This document shows positions 1-9,470 of a stretch of 64,000 nucleotides of DNA, piece after piece. The translations under genes and the position numbers were made by a program. Where the stretch lies: positions 1-64,000 of the forward strand of contig JANJXX010000005.1 of assembly GCA_024720975.1 (NCBI GenBank). The letters are read 5' to 3'. Source of the stretch: Thermoproteota archaeon (GTDB taxonomy: Archaea; Asgardarchaeota; Njordarchaeia; Njordarchaeales; Panguiarchaeaceae). The notes beneath the pieces are model-generated. The model ran no database searches and was not told the DNA's origin. It saw only the letters and a program-made list of their open reading frames with translations. Position 1 is the stretch's first letter. The number at the start of each line of letters is the position of its first letter.

Positions 1-134
1 TTAAATTTGTCTCCATAGATTTCGCAAAGTCTTTCGAGAAGCTCTTTTATGGTTTTTCCATTGACGTTTACGGTCTCTTCTAGCTTTTCTGTTACGCTCC
101 TTACTTTTCCAAGATACCTAACTTTGACCTGCAT
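1..134 (-). CDS. MoaD/ThiS/SAMP ubiquitin-like sulfur carrier, 5' part (runs off window)
   Basis: Not in ORF track. Manual translation MQVKVRYLGKVRSVTEKLEETVNVNGKTIKELLERLCEIYGDKF is a typical beta-grasp MoaD/SAMP N-terminus; moaA lies nearby. Confidence 0.75.
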   Translation of the reverse strand, partial: MQVKVRYLGKVRSVTEKLEETVNVNGKTIKELLERLCEIYGDKF

Positions 135-201
135 CTTTCCTTCCTTTTTTAATGGATTTTTGCTAAGATATATAGCATTATCCATATATATGGTGTTTTC
201 A

Positions 202-1146
202 ATGGATGAACTAATTTACTATATAATTTCAGCAATTGGAGGCACAGTAGCAGGACTAATATACTACTTGGGAAGAAAGACAAAGGATCCAGTAGCAGCT
301 AAAGTCATCAGCATATTAACTGAACACTTCCTGGATGAGAAAATGTTTACAATAGAGCGAGTAAGCGAGTTATCAGGCTTACCAAGGGAAGTCGTTGAAA
401 GAGTTATTGTAGACCTTGAAAAGACCGGTGTAGTTATGCGAACAGGTAAGGGCTACTCTCTGGTAGATCCTCTAGTCTTTCTAACTCCAAGAGATTATAA
501 CAGGGCTTTAAGGTTAACTAAATCTGACAATATAATATACGGCGGGTACCAATTATTCTATGTAGCTTCTCCTATAGTAGTTCTCATATTATCACTAGTC
601 ATGATTATTCCCGTATCAATATTCGTCCTCACAGTCTTTAATTTCGAACCAGTAATTAGCATGTTAAATAATGTGACAGGTGGAAAGATAGATCCAATGT
701 TGTTCTCACTGCTAATCGTTGGAATTGGTATAATAGCCTTTGACTTAATTGACAACATCGTGAAAGCATTCAATAGGAGCAGATACATGGTAGTAGTAGG
801 ATTTCAATCAGGACTTCTATATGACCTGCACCCAGCTGATGAGCTATCCGGCAGAGTCACGCGCGGGGAAATAGAGCGCATTGATGTTGATATGAACATA
901 ATTCATAAGCTTAACAATTGGTTTGGTTCTACACCTGCTGGTGATGTACGAGTGTGGGTTCGTGGTAAGGATAAACCAATAGTCTTCAGGTCAATGCCAT
1001 ATCCGCGTGAGCTGTTTCTAGTCCTTCGGTCGATTCAGCTTGGCTCACTGCAGTGGAGGAAGAAATATGCGAGAGAGTTAGCCTTATGGCGTGGTAGGGT
1101 ATATCCATTTTTCCCAACAGAAAGGGGTCGCGGTAGGGGGAGGTGA
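202..1146 (+). CDS. Membrane protein with winged-helix domain, two TM helices and C-terminal bPH_2-like domain
   Basis: Start moved to ATG 202 (TGGTG upstream; avoids overlap with the MoaD-like gene). TIERVSELSGLPREVVERVIVDLEKTGVV is wHTH-like; IERIDV...GDVRV...FRSMPYP resembles bPH_2. Confidence 0.55.
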   Translation: MDELIYYIISAIGGTVAGLIYYLGRKTKDPVAAKVISILTEHFLDEKMFTIERVSELSGLPREVVERVIVDLEKTGVVMRTGKGYSLVDPLVFLTPRDYNRALRLTKSDNIIYGGYQLFYVASPIVVLILSLVMIIPVSIFVLTVFNFEPVISMLNNVTGGKIDPMLFSLLIVGIGIIAFDLIDNIVKAFNRSRYMVVVGFQSGLLYDLHPADELSGRVTRGEIERIDVDMNIIHKLNNWFGSTPAGDVRVWVRGKDKPIVFRSMPYPRELFLVLRSIQLGSLQWRKKYARELALWRGRVYPFFPTERGRGRGR

Positions 1147-1151
1147 GATAA

Positions 1152-1721
1152 TTGTCAAAGGAAGAGGCAATATTTGAACTTCGCGAGAGCTTAGAACATG
1201 CCTATAGGTTGACTCCACTTACGCAAATCGCGGTTTTTATATTGTTTGAACTAGCTTTAATTGCTGGGATATTGTATCTAAACGTCGGTCTTCCTGAAGC
1301 GTACATAGCTGGCATTCTCATAACAGCGCTATTATATCCAACAATAATAAAGATTAGAAACTTCGTCTCAGAACTTATTGCATTTGTACTGTTTGGTGCG
1401 GCCTTATCAGCAGTAGCATGCTACCTAATCAACAAATTCGTTCTGACAGGAGCTGGATTAAACGTACTGAACCTGTGGCTAGTTGTAGTATTTCTGCTAA
1501 TACTGGGAATACAAATGTTCCACTATACATACGAAAAAGCTAGGTCCGTAAAGACCAAGCCAATGATTATCGTTAACTCGATTCTTACGGTAATTTTCGC
1601 ATATGCTGTATGGAATATATTGACCGCTATCATCCAGGCGGGTTTAGCTATAATGATTCTGATAACTGCATTACTATCAATTGCGTATTTTATAGCAATA
1701 CTACCAGAAAAGCCTTTCTAA
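1152..1721 (+). CDS. Hypothetical multi-pass membrane protein
   Basis: About 6 hydrophobic segments; GGTGA SD upstream. Confidence 0.7.
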   Translation: MSKEEAIFELRESLEHAYRLTPLTQIAVFILFELALIAGILYLNVGLPEAYIAGILITALLYPTIIKIRNFVSELIAFVLFGAALSAVACYLINKFVLTGAGLNVLNLWLVVVFLLILGIQMFHYTYEKARSVKTKPMIIVNSILTVIFAYAVWNILTAIIQAGLAIMILITALLSIAYFIAILPEKPF

Positions 1722-1761
1722 AAATGTATCTTCCTTTAACTTTTTTGTTAGTGAACTCCTG

Positions 1762-2697
1762 ATGAAAATATATGATAGATTTGGACGTATTGTTAGTAGC
1801 ATCCGTATAATAGTCAATGTAGAATGTAATTACAACTGTATTTTCTGTCACTCAGAGGGATACTACCATTGTTCTAAAGATTCCCAGCAGATGCTAAGTG
1901 TCGAGGACATACAGAGAGTAGGTCTAGTTGCCCGTATGTTCGATATAGACTCTGTTAAAATCACTGGAGGAGAGCCGCTCCTACATCCAAGCATTGATAA
2001 GGTAATATCAACTCTAAATGATCTGGGCTTCAGGGATATATCACTAGTTACAAATGGGTCTCTTCTCGAAAAACTTGTGGAAAGACTAAAACAATCAGGC
2101 TTAGTCAGGATTAATGTTTCATTGGTCTCACTGAGAGAAAATCGATATGATGCTATTACCAGGACAAATAACATGCTGCCTAGGGTTCTCAGGGGCATAA
2201 AACTTGCTAAAGAGGTCGGACTTAAACCAGTTAAAATTAATGTGGTTGTCCTCCAGGGTTTAAATGACGATGAGATATTCGATTTCATAGAATTTGGAAG
2301 AAGCAACGAAGTCGTCGTTCAGTTTATTGAGTACCATTCCCCCCGCGTCGATGAGTCATTCAAAAAGTTTTATAAGCCTCTAGATGAGCTCCAGACTTTT
2401 TTAGAGTCTAATGCTGAGAAGATTATCACCACGCGGATGCATAACAGGTTACGATATGTAGTTGATGGCGCTGAGGTAGAACTTGTAAGGCCCATGTTCA
2501 ATGCAGCATTTTGCAATGGTTGCGCTAGGATTAGAGCAACTCCGACAGGGTGGAAGCCGTGCTTACTAAAGGATGACGTAATAATAGAATATCTAAGCGA
2601 GCTTAAAAGTGGGAACATGAGAGAACTCACTCGTAAGTTTGTAAAAGCTATTTATGCAAGACGTCCATTCTTTCAGAGGGTTCAGGAATATTCTTAA
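1762..2697 (+). CDS. moaA: GTP 3',8-cyclase (molybdopterin biosynthesis)
   Basis: DRFGR N-terminus, CNYNCIFC radical SAM motif, TGGEP, C-terminal CxxC...KPCL cluster motif. Confidence 0.9.
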   Translation: MKIYDRFGRIVSSIRIIVNVECNYNCIFCHSEGYYHCSKDSQQMLSVEDIQRVGLVARMFDIDSVKITGGEPLLHPSIDKVISTLNDLGFRDISLVTNGSLLEKLVERLKQSGLVRINVSLVSLRENRYDAITRTNNMLPRVLRGIKLAKEVGLKPVKINVVVLQGLNDDEIFDFIEFGRSNEVVVQFIEYHSPRVDESFKKFYKPLDELQTFLESNAEKIITTRMHNRLRYVVDGAEVELVRPMFNAAFCNGCARIRATPTGWKPCLLKDDVIIEYLSELKSGNMRELTRKFVKAIYARRPFFQRVQEYS

Positions 2698-2815
2698 TGG
2701 AGATAATCTAGTACTCTAAATTTGTTAACTGATTATTTTCATGTTGATCTATCACACTCAGTTCATTCATACTATATGGTGATAGCATTAAACTTACTGC
2801 CTTGAGGAGGAGAAG

Positions 2816-4066
2816 ATGCCTAGGGTTGATATGAGCGACTGGGACATAAATGACCCAGCTACTAGGCGCAAAATTGCCAGGATAGTTAACCTACTAAAAA
2901 GCAAGACCAGCTATGATGGGCACTCAACAACTCTAGTGAGTATATGGATAGCACCGGGCACACCAACTTCGGAGATAACATCATTGATAAACCAAGAACT
3001 TGCAACAGCCGCAAGAATAAAGTCCCGAATGACTAGGAAACACGTGCAGGCTGCTCTTAGAAGTATATCATCTAAATTTAAAGCATGGACGCAGATACCG
3101 CCCAATGGACTTTTGATCTTCTGTGGTTGGACACAACAATCGAATGATTTGGAATATTGGGAAATAATCCCTCCACTGCAAATCCAGAAAAAGCTATATA
3201 CCTGCGACTCAATATTCCGTGTTGAGGTTCTTGAAGAACTACTAAAAGTCAGGCAGACTTATGGTATCATCATTGTTGAGAGGGACGAATCGACAATAGG
3301 TATCCTTCAAGGGTCCGCAATTAAGGTACTTAAGCACATAGAGACACCCACTCATGGAAAACATCGAAAAGGTGGTCAAAGCGAAAAACGTTTTGAACGT
3401 CAAATAGAATCCGTATATGAGTATCACCTCAAAAAGACGGCAGATGAAGCTAACAAAGCGTTTCTCCCCATGCTGGATACACTTAATGGTATAATAGTTG
3501 CGGGTCCAGCTTTTTCAAAAGAAGATTTTGTCAAGCTTGGGGAACTTGATTATAGACTACACCAAAAGATAGTGGGACTAGTATCTGCCCAGTATCAAGA
3601 TCTCGAGGGACTAAGAGAGGCAGTAAATAACGCACTCGATATAATCAAGGAAACCGAGTATGCAAAACAAAAAAGAGCATATGATGAACTCATGGAAGCG
3701 ATGGGTAAGTATGCTGATAAAGTCGTTGTTGGGTTTCAAGAAACTTTAAGGGCTCTGAAGGAAGGTCGGCTTGAGAAAATTTATGTCGCAGAGGATCTAG
3801 ATAAAGCTATAATTAAGGTAAGGTGCGGAGATAAGGTTGAAAGATTTCTGCTAGTAGATAATATAGGAGATTTAGAGAAGGTAACTAAGGACGTTTGTAA
3901 AAATATAGGTGACCCGAGCGCGGAAGTTATAGATGAAAGTTTCATCAATTACATACTCGACGAGGCTTCGACTACCGCAACCCATGTAGTTATAATCTCA
4001 CAGGATGAATTACGCGGACAACTTAAATCAGGTCTTGGTGGTATTGCGGGAATCCTTAGGTTTTAG
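2816..4066 (+). CDS. prf1: Peptide chain release factor aRF1/eRF1
   Basis: GKHRKGGQS, YTCDSIF, RIKS (NIKS equivalent), C-terminal GGIAGILRF. Confidence 0.95.
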   Translation: MPRVDMSDWDINDPATRRKIARIVNLLKSKTSYDGHSTTLVSIWIAPGTPTSEITSLINQELATAARIKSRMTRKHVQAALRSISSKFKAWTQIPPNGLLIFCGWTQQSNDLEYWEIIPPLQIQKKLYTCDSIFRVEVLEELLKVRQTYGIIIVERDESTIGILQGSAIKVLKHIETPTHGKHRKGGQSEKRFERQIESVYEYHLKKTADEANKAFLPMLDTLNGIIVAGPAFSKEDFVKLGELDYRLHQKIVGLVSAQYQDLEGLREAVNNALDIIKETEYAKQKRAYDELMEAMGKYADKVVVGFQETLRALKEGRLEKIYVAEDLDKAIIKVRCGDKVERFLLVDNIGDLEKVTKDVCKNIGDPSAEVIDESFINYILDEASTTATHVVIISQDELRGQLKSGLGGIAGILRF

Positions 4067-4075
4067 GGATATTCC

Positions 4076-5647
4076 ATGCAAGTCGACAGCAAAATAAAGG
4101 AGATAATATATTCAATGACAAATGGTGAAAGAAAGCTTCTTAGGTTACTAGCTAAAAGCAACAAGAAAAGTCTGGATGTTAATAGTATAGTCAGTGAGTC
4201 GGGTCTCGCAGAGGCAGAAGTTAATCGAGTGGTTATGTGGTTAGAAAATAAAGGCATAGTTAAAAGAAAATCCATTGAGGTCAAAGTCTTTGTACCAACT
4301 AAAAAAGCCCTCTTATATGAGAAAGAGTTACTACCAGAAACTCGTCTGCTCAATATCTTGAAAACAGTAAAACGCATACCATTAAGCTCGATAGTCAACC
4401 ACGGATTTACCAGTGAAGAAGCTTCTGCAGCCGTAGGACTTCTATTGCGTATGGGACTTGCGAAAGTTCTCAAAGAAAAAGAAGAGAAATACCTAGTTTC
4501 CACACTGGAAGCTGAATCAGTCGCAAAGTTGGGCACGGAGGAGTGCCTGAGGAAACTATTAGCAGAGCGAGAGATCCCCGCAGAAGAGAGATCACCAGAG
4601 TTAGAATTGCTTGTTGATAGAGGTCTGGCAAAACTCGAAACGAGAACGATTTGGGTCATAGAAATAACAGATCTTGGTGATAAAATTCTGTCGCAGGGGA
4701 TACCTGAAATCGATTTTATTGAGCAGTTAACTCCAGAAGTAATAGCATCTAGAGCGTGGTATCAGCGACCGATTAGGTGGTACGACGTTGAAGCCTGGTC
4801 CCCTAAGATATGGGGTGGTCGGAAGAACCCGTTAAAAATATTGGCAGATAAAGTTAGAGAGATCTTCGTGTCAATGGGCTTTAAAGAAATGAGATCGCCA
4901 TGGGTAGACATGGAATTCTGGTGCTTTGACTCCATGTGGATTCCGCAAGACCACCCTGCGCGTGAAATGCAATCAACATATTGGCTGGCTCAACCAAAGG
5001 AAGGTAAATTACCAGATGAAGAATTAGTAAATGAGGTCAAGAAAGTCCAAGAAAACGGAGGCAATACTGGAAGTACAGGCTGGAGACTTCCCTGGGATGT
5101 AAAAATAGCGAAGAGATGTATTCTAAGAACACACACTACAGCGTCAACATTTAGAGTCTTAGGTTATCTTATAAAGACAGGAAAGATAAAACCTCCAGTA
5201 AAATTCTTTGCAATCGGCAGAGTATTCCGAAATGAAACAATTGACTGGAAACATCTGTGCGAATTTCATCAAATTGAGGGCTTTGTTATTGCTCCAAACT
5301 TAACTTTAAGGAGCTTGATGGGGTACATTAAAGAGTTCTATTCAAGAATGGGAATAAAGAAGATACGTTTCAAGCCCACGTATAATCCTTACACAGAGCC
5401 CAGCATGGAAATCTTCACTTGGCACGAAAAAACTGGACGTTGGGTGGAAATCGGTAATTCAGGGATGTTCAGGCCGGAAGCTCTAGCACCATATAACGTA
5501 AGATGGCCTACAATAGCATGGGGTCTTGCTCTAGAGAGGCTTGCAATGATCATATGGAATATAGAGGATATAAGAAAGCTACTTGGACACGGCGTAAACA
5601 TTGACTGGCTAAGATACTATAACTACCCAGCCATCGAATCAAAATAA
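4076..5647 (+). CDS. pheS: Phenylalanyl-tRNA synthetase alpha subunit
   Basis: PQDHPAREMQ, LRTHTT, GRVFRNE, EFHQIEG, PYTEPS, AWGLALERL. Confidence 0.96.
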   Translation: MQVDSKIKEIIYSMTNGERKLLRLLAKSNKKSLDVNSIVSESGLAEAEVNRVVMWLENKGIVKRKSIEVKVFVPTKKALLYEKELLPETRLLNILKTVKRIPLSSIVNHGFTSEEASAAVGLLLRMGLAKVLKEKEEKYLVSTLEAESVAKLGTEECLRKLLAEREIPAEERSPELELLVDRGLAKLETRTIWVIEITDLGDKILSQGIPEIDFIEQLTPEVIASRAWYQRPIRWYDVEAWSPKIWGGRKNPLKILADKVREIFVSMGFKEMRSPWVDMEFWCFDSMWIPQDHPAREMQSTYWLAQPKEGKLPDEELVNEVKKVQENGGNTGSTGWRLPWDVKIAKRCILRTHTTASTFRVLGYLIKTGKIKPPVKFFAIGRVFRNETIDWKHLCEFHQIEGFVIAPNLTLRSLMGYIKEFYSRMGIKKIRFKPTYNPYTEPSMEIFTWHEKTGRWVEIGNSGMFRPEALAPYNVRWPTIAWGLALERLAMIIWNIEDIRKLLGHGVNIDWLRYYNYPAIESK

Positions 5648-5806
5648 CAAGCAATTGAATCTCAGACTCCTTTTTATAATGGCAAGTGTAGATATTATAC
5701 TCGTAAGGATTTTATATAAAACTCGAAATTCGACCTTCAGAAAGCAAAATCTACAAAGCTAACACAGCATCTCCGTGTGTTGTACCGCATTTGTATGACA
5801 TAGGGG

Positions 5807-6370
5807 GTGATACACTTGACTCAAGTAACAATCACATGTCCTAAATGCAGGGCAAAAGATATCTTAAACCTAAGCTCGTTTATGTTGTGGGAACTACATA
5901 GCTCAGGATGTATAAATATTGCATTATATCACTCCGATCATGTGTTGTACGTTAACATGGATGGGTATAACGTGAGAAAAATTAGTGTCTGTGACCCCAC
6001 AAGCATTTTAGCTTATGGTTTGAATATGTATGTAGATGGTTATCTCATACTGAGACAACCCCTAATACCAATTGACAAGGACTTGATATTCGTAGACATG
6101 AATAAAAAAGTGGTAGATGCTCGCTTGATTCTAAATTATATGTATGCGGTCCTATTAACGCGTTATCTAAGGCTAAATGGAAGAACTATCCAGGACAGAG
6201 ACATTATAGATGTGCGTGGAGTTAATTTCGCAGTAGTAAGAAATAATGGAATGCTGCTTGCAAAAAGAGTTTCAGGGGACGAGGAAAAAGCGATTAACTT
6301 GCTTATTGATATGCAAAAAATTGTGGATTCAGTGCCAGTAAACCTGGAAGTTCTAAAACATATATACTAG
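5807..6370 (+). CDS. Hypothetical protein with N-terminal CxxC...HxxH putative Zn-binding domain
   Basis: CPKC...HSDHVLYVNMD motif. Confidence 0.6.
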   Translation: MIHLTQVTITCPKCRAKDILNLSSFMLWELHSSGCINIALYHSDHVLYVNMDGYNVRKISVCDPTSILAYGLNMYVDGYLILRQPLIPIDKDLIFVDMNKKVVDARLILNYMYAVLLTRYLRLNGRTIQDRDIIDVRGVNFAVVRNNGMLLAKRVSGDEEKAINLLIDMQKIVDSVPVNLEVLKHIY

Positions 6371-6421
6371 CAACAAAGAGTCTTGTTAGAATCCAACTTC
6401 TGTAAATTGTTGGTGATGTTA

Positions 6422-7669
6422 ATGCCTACTCCCTTAATGGGTGTGTTTGATATTAGCGTAGTCAAGCCTAATCGCCCAGTCATATGTCGATTAGACATAA
6501 ATAGTCCAATAAAAAAGCGCGAAGATAAGATATTGATCCTAGATCGCACGCGTCTTGAAAGTCATAAAGAAACGATAACAACACTAATAGAAAACGGCAA
6601 TAAAATAATCCTTCTTGCGCATCAAGGGAGACCAGGGGATGATGACTTTACGTCATTAAAATTTCATGCTGAAATGCTTGGGGAGATTCTAGGGCATGAG
6701 GTAAAATTTGTTGACGATATTATAGGCAAAAAGGCTTGCGAGGCAGTGGAAAAGTTAAAACACGGAGAGGTGTTGCTACTTGAAAATGTAAGATTTCTTG
6801 AGTTTGAACAGCAAGAGAAATCTCCAGAGGAGCACGCGAAATCTCCTCTTGTTCAAACTTTGGGAAAGTACGCTGATTTCTTCGTTCTTGACGGTTTTGC
6901 CGTCGCTCATAGATCCCACGCATCAGTTGTAGGTTTTGCTCCGGTTCTTCCGTCAGCCATGGGACTGCTTATGGAAAAGGAAATAAAAAGTCTCAGCATG
7001 GCAAGAGAAAATGCTAGAGAATATATCCTAATACTAGGAGGAGCAAAACTTCCAGATGCTCTGAAGTACATAAAGAAATTCCTGAAACTTGAGAGAACTA
7101 GCAAGATATTATTAACAGGTTTGATTGCCCTAGCTTTTCACATGGCGAAAGGATATAAAATTCCATCGAATACTGAGAAGTTAATCTTGGACCGACTAGG
7201 GGGCGAAAGTATCATCGAAATTAAGAAGTTAGCCAATAGCGAGAAGATAGTCCTGCCGATAGACTACGGGGTAGAAATTAATGGGGATAGGATAAACATA
7301 CCAGTCGATCAGCTGAGTACGATGAATGCACCTCCTAAGGATATAGGCCCAGAGACGATAAAATACTATCTCGACATAGTAGGAAGCGGACGAGTAATCC
7401 TTATGAAAGGACCCGCTGGTGTAATTGAAGACGAAAAGTTCGTCTGGGGTTCCGAGAACCTGTTACGAGAGTTATTTAAAATGAATAATTATGTCATTCT
7501 CCTTGGTGGACACTTAGTGAGTGTCTTAGATCGTGTTGGAGATTCAACAAAGCATAGAAGATACTTCATCAGCACAGGAGGAGGTGCATCAGTCGAATTC
7601 TTTATCGAGGGTACACTACCAGGCCTAGAGGCGCTTAAACTATCATATAAGATTTTTTCACAAAGATGA
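6422..7669 (+). CDS. pgk: Phosphoglycerate kinase
   Basis: RLDINSP, AHQGRPG, LLENVRF, AHRSHAS, DIGPET, STGGGA. Start placed after GGTGAT. Confidence 0.95.
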   Translation: MPTPLMGVFDISVVKPNRPVICRLDINSPIKKREDKILILDRTRLESHKETITTLIENGNKIILLAHQGRPGDDDFTSLKFHAEMLGEILGHEVKFVDDIIGKKACEAVEKLKHGEVLLLENVRFLEFEQQEKSPEEHAKSPLVQTLGKYADFFVLDGFAVAHRSHASVVGFAPVLPSAMGLLMEKEIKSLSMARENAREYILILGGAKLPDALKYIKKFLKLERTSKILLTGLIALAFHMAKGYKIPSNTEKLILDRLGGESIIEIKKLANSEKIVLPIDYGVEINGDRINIPVDQLSTMNAPPKDIGPETIKYYLDIVGSGRVILMKGPAGVIEDEKFVWGSENLLRELFKMNNYVILLGGHLVSVLDRVGDSTKHRRYFISTGGGASVEFFIEGTLPGLEALKLSYKIFSQR

Positions 7670-7793
7670 CAAAGTAGCAGCCTCATAATAAGACACTGAA
7701 CAGAGTTTCAGGTTAAACCAAAGGAACAACATATTTTAATAAATTTTGGACTCTTTTAGATAGCTATTGATGATTAATGGTTGGTGCACGCGC

Positions 7794-8285
7794 ATGTCCC
7801 TAAGCTTCATAGACCATGTTAGGTATGCTGAAGAAAATGAAGCGCAAGAACTCATAGAAGATTTTATCCGCAAAAACGAAGGCAACGTAGAGAAGGTAAA
7901 GTCAATGTTAATATCTCTACTGAGAAGCCCAGAAAGAAAAGTTAGAAGAGCAACTTTGATGGCGATAAAAAACACAAAATTCTCTGAAGTGGATTTAATA
8001 CATAAGTGTGCTACTCTAACTCGCGAGGATCCAGAAAATTCTATCCGAGCCGCTGCATATGAGACAGTTATGCACATACTACAAAATGCTAGTGCAGATA
8101 CAAAGAGGGAATTAGCAATTGCCGTTCTCAAACTTATCTCAGAGGGCAAAGCTACAATTGATGTAACAGATATTGTAAAAAGTATAGGCGAAAATTTCGC
8201 AAAGGAACTTCTTCAAGATACTACATTGGATGAAGAAATTAGAGATGTAATTAAATATGCCTTAGAGTACTTAGAACAGAAGTAG
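7794..8285 (+). CDS. HEAT-repeat-like protein
   Basis: SPERKVRRAT and DPENSIRAAA HEAT-like motifs. Confidence 0.6.
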   Translation: MSLSFIDHVRYAEENEAQELIEDFIRKNEGNVEKVKSMLISLLRSPERKVRRATLMAIKNTKFSEVDLIHKCATLTREDPENSIRAAAYETVMHILQNASADTKRELAIAVLKLISEGKATIDVTDIVKSIGENFAKELLQDTTLDEEIRDVIKYALEYLEQK

Positions 8286-8349
8286 CTTTCTCTCATCGGT
8301 CTAATTTTTAGAGATCTTTGTTAAATACCGTTGGGGAGGCTGCCATGTC

Positions 8350-9459
8350 TTGAAGCACAGTAAGGAACTACTGCTAGAATTTCTTAAAAAAGACCCATTC
8401 TCTCGGCTTAAAGCTGTAGCAAAGTTTGGCATCAAAGAGATCCTAAGGGCACTTAACTGGGCTGCTGCTGAGGAAATTCTAAACACATTTTATGAACTCG
8501 GTCTTGATAATACTCTAAAGACTCCCTGTTCCACAACGGAAGTTGCCTTAGAACATGCAATAGAGGATATAGAATTTTTGCATGAGTTCCTCTTGGCTCT
8601 AGTAAAAGTTGGTTTACTGGACGAGGCAGCGGGTAGATTTAAGCTAAGAACACTAGCTAGAAGACCTAAGAAACCAGAAATCGTGGATATCCTTATGAAA
8701 ACTCCAATGAAAGCGTTATTTGAGGTAATAAAACTCACCGGCGAGAATATCGTTGATGTTTTAATCACAGCAAAAAGAGAGCTAAAATGGCTCACTGACG
8801 CTGCAATTGCTTTCGAACCTCTCGAGTTCTCGCCTCAATTCGTCGCTCTTCGCATCAAAGCACTTGAGTTACTATACAAGATGCTGAAGGAAATAGCCAA
8901 AGTATGTGGTATTAATGAGTATCTAATACTCACAGTAGGCTTAGCATCAGGCTTCGGATTAGTTAATGTGGCGCAATTCTTTCGAGAATCAAAATGTAAG
9001 ATCATAGCATTAGACCCGTCAGAGAGAGAAGTCAAGCTTGCTATGGGGCTCCTAGAGGACTTCAAATTAGAAGGTGCCGTAAATGTAGAAACTTTTGATA
9101 TATCGAAAAATCTCAAAGAATCGTCATTGGTTGCGGAACTATTGAAGAAGTTTAGTGGATTCGATGCTGTAATCTCAATTGAACGCTGGCGTTTTTATGA
9201 TAGAATCATGAGATCTCAAATATTAGCAAATTTGGCCATCCATACGGCCCCCTACAGTTCGTTAGTTGATGTTGATCTTACAAGAGAGCAAGTCACGCTT
9301 TTAAACACAGTCTTGCACGCTATAGAAGGCTGGATAGGATTTCCTAATATTCATGAGAAGAGGGACATGTTTAGTTTAGTTTACCAAAAGATAAAAGAAC
9401 GCGCCAAAGGAATGATAGTAAGGGCGGATCTACCCCTCATAAAAGAAATATGGATGTAG
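8350..9459 (+). CDS. wHTH plus class I SAM methyltransferase-like protein (degenerate motif I)
   Basis: ILTVGLASGFG, IIALDPS, FDAVIS; O-methyltransferase-like N-terminal dimerisation/wHTH region. Confidence 0.55.
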   Translation: MKHSKELLLEFLKKDPFSRLKAVAKFGIKEILRALNWAAAEEILNTFYELGLDNTLKTPCSTTEVALEHAIEDIEFLHEFLLALVKVGLLDEAAGRFKLRTLARRPKKPEIVDILMKTPMKALFEVIKLTGENIVDVLITAKRELKWLTDAAIAFEPLEFSPQFVALRIKALELLYKMLKEIAKVCGINEYLILTVGLASGFGLVNVAQFFRESKCKIIALDPSEREVKLAMGLLEDFKLEGAVNVETFDISKNLKESSLVAELLKKFSGFDAVISIERWRFYDRIMRSQILANLAIHTAPYSSLVDVDLTREQVTLLNTVLHAIEGWIGFPNIHEKRDMFSLVYQKIKERAKGMIVRADLPLIKEIWM

Positions 9460-9470
9460 TGGGGATAAAG

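Noticed and set aside
49-201. N-terminal extension of the first ORF
   Set aside because: It overlaps the minus-strand MoaD-like gene and the divergent promoter; ATG 202 has an SD-like site.
4063-4659. Long antisense ORFs (for example 4063-4659, 17734-18303, 24294-24746)
   Set aside because: They are shadow frames of well-supported genes on the opposite strand.
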